Below, in pieces: positions 58,001 to 64,000 of a stretch of 64,000 nt of DNA. The notes beneath the pieces are model-generated. The model was given only the letters and a program-made list of their open reading frames with translations, did no database searches and was not told the DNA's origin. The position numbers were made by a program, and so were the translations under genes. Origin of the DNA: Camelus ferus (taxonomy: Eukaryota); contig NC_045713.1 in the NCBI RefSeq assembly GCF_009834535.1, positions 12,338,001 through 12,402,000 on the forward strand, read 5' to 3'. The first letter of the stretch is position 1, and each line of letters begins with the position of its first letter.

Positions 58001-61000
58001 TGCAGACGTGACTGAGAGCGAGGAGAGATTAAAACCTGATATAGTCTGGCAAACGATGGACCTACTGTGTGTAAACTGTCATTTACAGACAAAATAAAAA
58101 CAAAGGACTGAGGTTAAGGAGGTTGAAAGGCTCTGGGACGCTCGGAGAAAGTGTCACTAGCCCGAAGGTCACCACCTTCCTGCTCCGAGGAAAGGCACCC
58201 ACACCCGCATCCAGGGCCCGCGCTCAGATCTGGGTACCGGGCCTCATGCTGCGGCTGTACTCACGGGAGATGACACGGTTTCTGGTTTGGACACCGGTGC
58301 TTTAAAGGCACAAGTGTTCTGGGAAGCATCCACTTTCTTATCTGCAGCTGCTCCCGCAGACAAACATTCCAAGTAGTCAGGTGGGGGGATGACCACACTG
58401 CTCTTCTCAGCCAAGTTCACGGTGCTCACGCTCCGCACCGGTGCCGAGCTAGCGAGCAAAATCAGAGGATACGAGTTAGATGAGATCCTGCCCCCTGCAC
58501 CCCAAACATCCTGAATCTCCTACGGCCGGAACTGTGATGGATTAATAATCCACAATAGCGAGAGAGGAGATTACAACACACACACAGTATACACAACACT
58601 GCAGTGTTTCTGCTGGTTGATAAATGCACACTCGAAAGACATTCTTTAAAAGACATGACAAAAAGAAAAGGAGAGGAAAACTAGCTCAGTGAGGGGCAGA
58701 CTCTTGATTAATTGAAGGACTTCCGTAAGAAAATGGAGCAAAAGTCTTAGCAAAAGCATTAAGCAGTTTAGATGAAAAAACTCAGAATTGTAACATCCTA
58801 AAAATATTTAGTTTCACTTCTTGGCCCGGTGGCAGTCTAGCTCTGAGCAAGTATAATGGAAGGACTTCGGGGGCGTCAAGTGTGGTGCTGGAGGTCTGCG
58901 GGGATAGCGGGATGGGTGAGGAGGTTCTGCTGTGACCCGGGAAATACTGCGGCCTGGCCGTTTGTGGTAAGATTGTGACATGTTCAGTTTGGACATGTTT
59001 CTGAGGACCCATGGGACAGCCAGCTAGTACACATGTAAATACTCATGTGTAGGCCCGGGGAAGATCTCTTGGGCTCAAGTCTTGGCTCCACCACTTCCAG
59101 CTCCTTAAGCACGTTACTAAACCTTTTTATGCCTCAGTTTCCTCAATTTTAAAGTAGGGACCAACTTCATAAGGTTGCTATGAGCATTAATGACCTAATC
59201 CCTGTAAGGCACTGTGGACAGTTTCTAAGTCGGGACGATAATCACCACCATCTGGCTCAGAATACAGGTTTGGGGGTTGTCTGCACAGAGGCGCCACGTC
59301 AAGTCCATGGATGTAATTCATGCCGTGGGAGCGCACACAATGGCCCGGGAGGTACAGAACAGGAAAGAGGACCGAGGGCAGGTCCCGAGGACACCTATGT
59401 TTAAGCAGTGGGCAGAGGAGAGGCCTGAAAGGAGACAGAGTGGATGGCCAGTGAGGTGGGAGGAAAATAAAGAGTGCAAGGTCAAGAGACCCAGGCAAGA
59501 GAACATTCCAGAAAGAGTTCACCAGTGTTGAAAGCTGCTGAGTAAGACAGAGACGGAAAAGGGGCATTTAGCAGCAGTGGGTGGTGGGAGTCGGGAGAGC
59601 GGTTCCCAGGCTGAAGGGCAGGGTCTGGGGTGTGTCTTCGCCACAGACAGGAAAGCGCTGGGACAACAGAAGTCACGAGGGAGCAGCCACGGAGCAGCAG
59701 CCACGGAGCAGCAGCCACGCCCTCCGCGCTCACGGGGGCTCTGCTGTGAGCCCAGGCGGAAGGGTCGCGCCTGGGAACTGGAGGGCAAGGCCGGCGAGCA
59801 CTGCAGTCCTACCTCGGCGCGGGCGCGCTCGCGGCCTCTGGCGCGGGCTCCTCCAGCGCCTTCGTGTACGAGGATGGGAACCAGCCCCTCCTGCGGGAGA
59901 AGAGGAAAAGGACCCGCTGTGGCGCCAGCGGCGACAAGCCCACAACAAACACACCAATGAATGGCGCAGGCAGGCCGGGCCACTCCTACCACATTCCACC
60001 CCTCGTCTTATCTACCCGTGAATTTTATTCGGATTTCTTTTTTGCCTTTTCCTCCGTATTGGTTTTACTTAATACCTGAAATAATTCAACCTACCTACGG
60101 TAAGGCTTGTGCACAAAGAGTTGAAATAATGATGCTGGTATTTAAACTATTTATGTGCTAAATCTTAAAGTGTGTCTTGAGAAATCTGAAGTCACACTAA
60201 AAAAAAAAAAAGCATTTAATTTAAACCTACTTTCAGAGGTGACCTGATCGAACGACCCTTTCAAGCATCAAATTTACATATGTGCATGCATACAGAAAAC
60301 AGCCTGGGAATAACCAGGAGCAGGGGAACCGCAGTTAACTGAGCTGGAGCTGCAACTACACCACGCACTTCGCTGCGCCTCAGATTCTAAGCTGCCGCTG
60401 ACGGAAGAGACGGCAGCTCTTCCAGCGCCGGCCGTGGGCCCTGCGTGGACAGCCCCGTCCTGAGACTCACGCTTTGGTGGTGTCATGCTCTCCGTAAAGC
60501 CAGCCGTCTTTCTCCTCGGAGATGAGCAGCGTGATGACGTCTCCTTGCTGGAAGCTAAGTAAGGTCTGGTTAGCGCCGGCAGTGTGCGGAAAAATGGTTT
60601 TCACTTTTTGCTTTTTCACCATGTTCAGTCCAGTTGCAACAGAAACTGATCGCTGTAAACTGGCGTCATCTGAAGAATCTGTTAAAAAGGAACAGAGCAG
60701 CCACAGCTTTTTCAGAGAAGGATAATCAGGCAAGCTCAAATGAGCAAACCCCAGGAAACCACCCGTTTCCATCTCGCCGGCCCACTCCTACTGCAACACC
60801 AACCGGGGTGATAGTTCCACGCCTTTGCCTGGACAAACAGGGATGGCAAGGGACAGTAGCAGAGCCAAGGCCGAGGCTCTCAGAGGAGATCCTTGTGGCC
60901 AGAGGCTCTTTTCCAGCCCGAGAGGATAAAGCAGTGTATCCTCATCAAGCTTCACCTGCACCGACTGTCAGGATGGTTCTTAAAGAGGCAAACGGCCCCC

Positions 61001-62634
61001 CGACCCAGCAGCCTGCTGCTCTCCTCCTCCTGGTCCCCAGTACACACCACAGAGGCCGCATCAGGCATCCACTCGGACCAAACTGTCCAAGGCCTGTGCC
61101 ACAAGGGGAAGGAGAAAACAGGAAATGCAGACGCTCTTGCTGCCGGGGCTGCTCACCTGCTCACACCCAGGTGAGAGTGTGGTGGGGACGAGTCACGGGT
61201 GTTGAGCCTTCCCTCAGCACCAGCCCACACTCTCAGTGCTTCTCAGCACTGACGATGGTGCCATTGTCACCCACAGTGACCCTCCTGGGACCGTGGCTAG
61301 CGCGTGGCAGAGCCAGGATCCAGACGCGAGTGGCCTGATGCCACGGCCCAGAACTGCACCGTGAGAAACTCTGTGCTGCACATTTCATGTCTCAAGTCAA
61401 ATGCAGGCTGCTGTTTTCCACTTCAATGCACTGGAGATTTTTTCCCCAGATTTTTTCCAAATTTTGCTAGCCTACTATTTACTTTACAATAGGGCAATAT
61501 CTCTTTCTGCATCATTCTTGCAAATTCTTAGTAGTTACGGTACAAACCTTGCTATCTCTTCAACACGCCGCATACTCTTAACTACCTTGGTTGTACTGAA
61601 TCCAGCAGTTGTCTCTTAGCTTTCACTGGTAAGTGACAAAGAGTCATTTGAATGATTGGGCCACATAGCACTGCGTATTTAACTGTATATTACGTATAAC
61701 TTACAGTTCTTCAAAGGCAGGTGACCACAGATGATCGATCACCTTGGCAGCTGACATTCTGAAAGTCTCGTCCCTTCCCCAACAGCCCTGCTCGCCGCAC
61801 ACAGCGTGACTGTCATGACCTTCCCACCAAGGGGGCCTGTGAGACCCCCAGACAGAGACAGGGGTCAGGCACCACGACAGTCTCGAGGTCCTGGGTGCCA
61901 AAGACTCTGTGTAGGCAGAGTGGAGCCTAACCAAAGTCCCCTGAAATGTCTGTAAACAATAACTGGTTCCGATTTATTGAAATGGAGTCAACAGAGTTGA
62001 GATTCAAGCAGTCAGAACTTAAGTCTCCAGAAAGCACGAAGTGCTGTTAGAGATGATGAAAAACACTGATTGTAATTCAGACTAAACCTACTGGTAAGAT
62101 TAATAGCCATAATTTTGTCATGTGAACTTCTATAGTTTGTTTCACAGAAAAAAAGGAACTTTATTACAATTGCAATCAAATACGGAACAGCGTGAGACTC
62201 TAAGTTATATTTCATTTATTTAAAAATATATCACCTTTCAGTAATATGTTCACTCTATATAAACATCAATCAGTGTGTAGAATTAGTTAAGTGTCAAAGC
62301 AGTGAGTCATGTATCACATGGTTTTATAATAAAGCCAGATCTGTCTGGAGGTGTGAGTTCCCCCAAGGCCGTGTCTAGAGTGCGCTACCACACATGCGTA
62401 TTTCTGTCTATCTCAAGGCACTCTTATCCTAAATATTTAAATAATTTTAAAGGTATTTTTAAAATAAATCAAACTAAGTATCTTACCTGTTGAATTATTT
62501 CTTCTTTCTGAATTCTGTGCAACTGTTGCTGGGTTATTAAACATATCAATCAAAGGGCTGGTAGTGGCTCTGGATGAAGGGGCCAAGGGAATCTTTGGTG
62601 AATATTTAGAAAGGGTGTCATAATCTCGCCCAAC
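54987..62634 (-). CDS. BAIAP2L1: BAI1-associated protein 2-like 1 (IRTKS), 3' six coding exons (SH3 and WH2 regions); the gene continues beyond the window end
   Basis: Peptides match recalled human IRTKS: [22 protein letters not shown]...[53 protein letters not shown]. Confidence 0.96.
55540..55577 (-). CDS. BAIAP2L1: BAIAP2L1 exon 13 ([12 protein letters not shown])
   Basis: tctctcacag acceptor; CAG|gtacgt donor; 38 nt. Confidence 0.92.
56098..56217 (-). mobile_element. tRNA-Ala-derived SINE with degenerate TSD
   Basis: Antisense 'gctctaccacttgagctataccctcccc'; TSD ctgctctgc(c/t)g(c/t)tg at 56084-56097 and 56217-56230. Confidence 0.85.
58265..58448 (-). CDS. BAIAP2L1: BAIAP2L1 exon 12 (SAPVRSV...ETVSSP)
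   Basis: ttgctcgctag acceptor; CCC|gtgagt donor; phase 2-0. Confidence 0.93.
58900..59600. mobile_element. L2 fragments with an intervening MIR (about 59070-59230)
   Basis: 'ttcagtttggacatgtttctgagg'; 'atgcctcagtttcctcaattttaaagtaggg'; 'gtgaggtgggaggaaaataaagagtg'. Confidence 0.6.
59683..59719. repeat. 14-bp tandem repeat GCAGCCACGGAGCA x2.6
   Basis: Directly visible. Confidence 0.8.
59813..59890 (-). CDS. BAIAP2L1: BAIAP2L1 exon 11 ([10 protein letters not shown]...APAP)
   Basis: ttctcccgcag acceptor; GAG|gtagga donor; phase 2-2. Confidence 0.93.
60471..60678 (-). CDS. BAIAP2L1: BAIAP2L1 exon 10 ([10 protein letters not shown]...HDTTKA), SH3 domain
   Basis: tttttaacag acceptor (an in-frame alternative AG lies 9 nt downstream); AGC|gtgagt donor; 208 nt. 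Confidence 0.93.
62487..62634 (-). CDS. BAIAP2L1: BAIAP2L1 exon 9 ([10 protein letters not shown]...NNST)
   Basis: ttttcacag acceptor; CAG|gtaaga donor; 148 nt, phase 0-1. Confidence 0.93.
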
Positions 62635-63329
62635 CTGTGAAAAAGTCCTGTATTAGTTTATCATTAGTATAACAGCAATGGCATTAGACAGGTTCCCAGG
62701 GCTGTCTGGCACTGTTTGCTTTAAACATTTTGAATGCATTGCTCCATCACTTTCTAACATTTTGTTTTCCTAAAAAGAAACGTGTCAATGGGATTCTCTC
62801 TTCTTTGCAAGTAATCCATTTTTTTCCCTCCCTGAATTCTCCTTTGCTAACCTTCTGCAACCTATCGAGGCTCACCCAGGATTGTCCTGGCTGCTGTGTT
62901 AAAGGCCAGGCAGAGGCTTCTGCAGGAGTCTCTGCAGGGACCACCGTTAGAGCAGTGCAGGGGGAGAAGTGGTGGGAAACACCAGGCTATGCCCACAGAC
63001 TGGTTGTGGCCTAAGACAGGGAGAGGGGCTGATGTTTGGTGTCTGAGCTCCCGGAAGGAGGAAGTCACTGCTTCCTGGACGGGGAAGATGTGGAGAAGCA
63101 GGTTTGGAGTGAGAGCATTGGTTACGTGGTTCTGGACAAGCCGAAATGGAGATGCGCATCAGACATCGTCTCGACCCTCCTCAAACTAGGTTCATCTTCT
63201 TTGATTTTTTGTTTTAAATCCTCTATTTTTAAACTGTATTTTGGGAGAGTTCTTCGGCTCAGTCTCCCAAGCAGTTCCATTCTGCTGAGCCCATCTGTTG
63301 CTGATGGGTGTTCTTTGAGCGGAGGAAGG

Positions 63330-63830
63330 GGAAATGAAAAACAAAACTTTATGGGAAAAATTCAAACAGGTACAAAAGTAGAGAAAATAGCACAGTAAGT
63401 CTCCGTGTACCCAACACCTAGCTCCAACAATGATCAATTCATGGCCAATCTTGTGGCATGTATGCCCCGTCCGTCTTCCCCCATGATCAGGATTATTTTG
63501 AAGCAAATCTCTGATACATCATTTTAACTACAAATAAATAATCCAATTTTAGTTGTCCAAGGTGGCTGACTCTTCTCTGTGGATGTAATACCCTTCCATC
63601 TCCTTCTGAAGACTTCCCTTCTGCCCTGTTGCCTCCATCACTGGTCGTTCAGTGTTTATTTTGGCGCATCTTTCTATGGTACTGGTTTTCCCCACTTGTT
63701 CAGTGACTGCCGGTGTCTGTCCATCTGTGAACAGTATGGCGGTCTCTGTTCTTTTCACTGCACACGGCAGTCTGTATTCCCTGTTCTCACAGCACGGACT
63801 GCCCCGGACCACCCACTTCCAGAAGCACAC
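63330..63830 (-). mobile_element. Old L1 (L1MC/L1ME) fragments
   Basis: 'gtacccaacacctagctccaacaatgatcaattcatggccaatcttg...tattttgaagcaaatc'. Confidence 0.6.
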
Positions 63831-64000
63831 CCACCTCTTCCGCCCCAACATGCCCTCTGGTTAACAGACAAAAGTGCCTACTGTTCAGCACAAGTGGGAC
63901 AAGGGGGAGGGACCGCCCAGCCTAGAGGGTCTGGACCAGCTCCCCACCCAGCCTGCAGAGAGGAACGCCCTGGCTTCTTCCCGCTTCCTGTATCCACTGG

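Noticed and set aside
1-64000. CRISPR arrays, rRNA, prokaryotic defence or phage systems, intact transposase or retroviral ORFs
   Set aside because: The sequence is spliced mammalian DNA; no repeat-spacer array, rRNA motif or intact mobile-element ORF was seen.

Overview
Mammalian genomic DNA, very probably camelid (six tRNA-Ala-derived SINEs share an A-rich 'aaacctaattacctcccc' tail), from a draft assembly with one 177-N gap. It covers the conserved TECPR1-BRI3-BAIAP2L1 block. All 24 coding exons of TECPR1 lie on the minus strand (418-23055), with a CpG-island promoter at about 26.4-27.15 kb. BRI3 is complete on the plus strand (3 coding exons, 125 aa, 44778-52753). The last six exons of BAIAP2L1/IRTKS lie on the minus strand, tail-to-tail with BRI3. 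Exon boundaries were derived by hand from splice signals, phase continuity and recalled human proteins; repeat-family names and limits are from memory and approximate. Main oddities: (1) a +1 frameshift in the ninth TECPR1 coding exon of an otherwise intact gene; (2) a near-palindromic bidirectional poly(A) signal between the converging BRI3 and BAIAP2L1 3' ends; (3) a GC-AG intron and a +4 tandem donor in TECPR1; (4) a CpG-rich, Ala/Pro-shifted BAIAP2L1 exon suggestive of GC-biased gene conversion; (5) speculative, phase-compatible exon-like segments in the TECPR1-BRI3 interval. I found no prokaryotic-type system and cannot claim a new biological system; the speculative items need alignment and RNA data.
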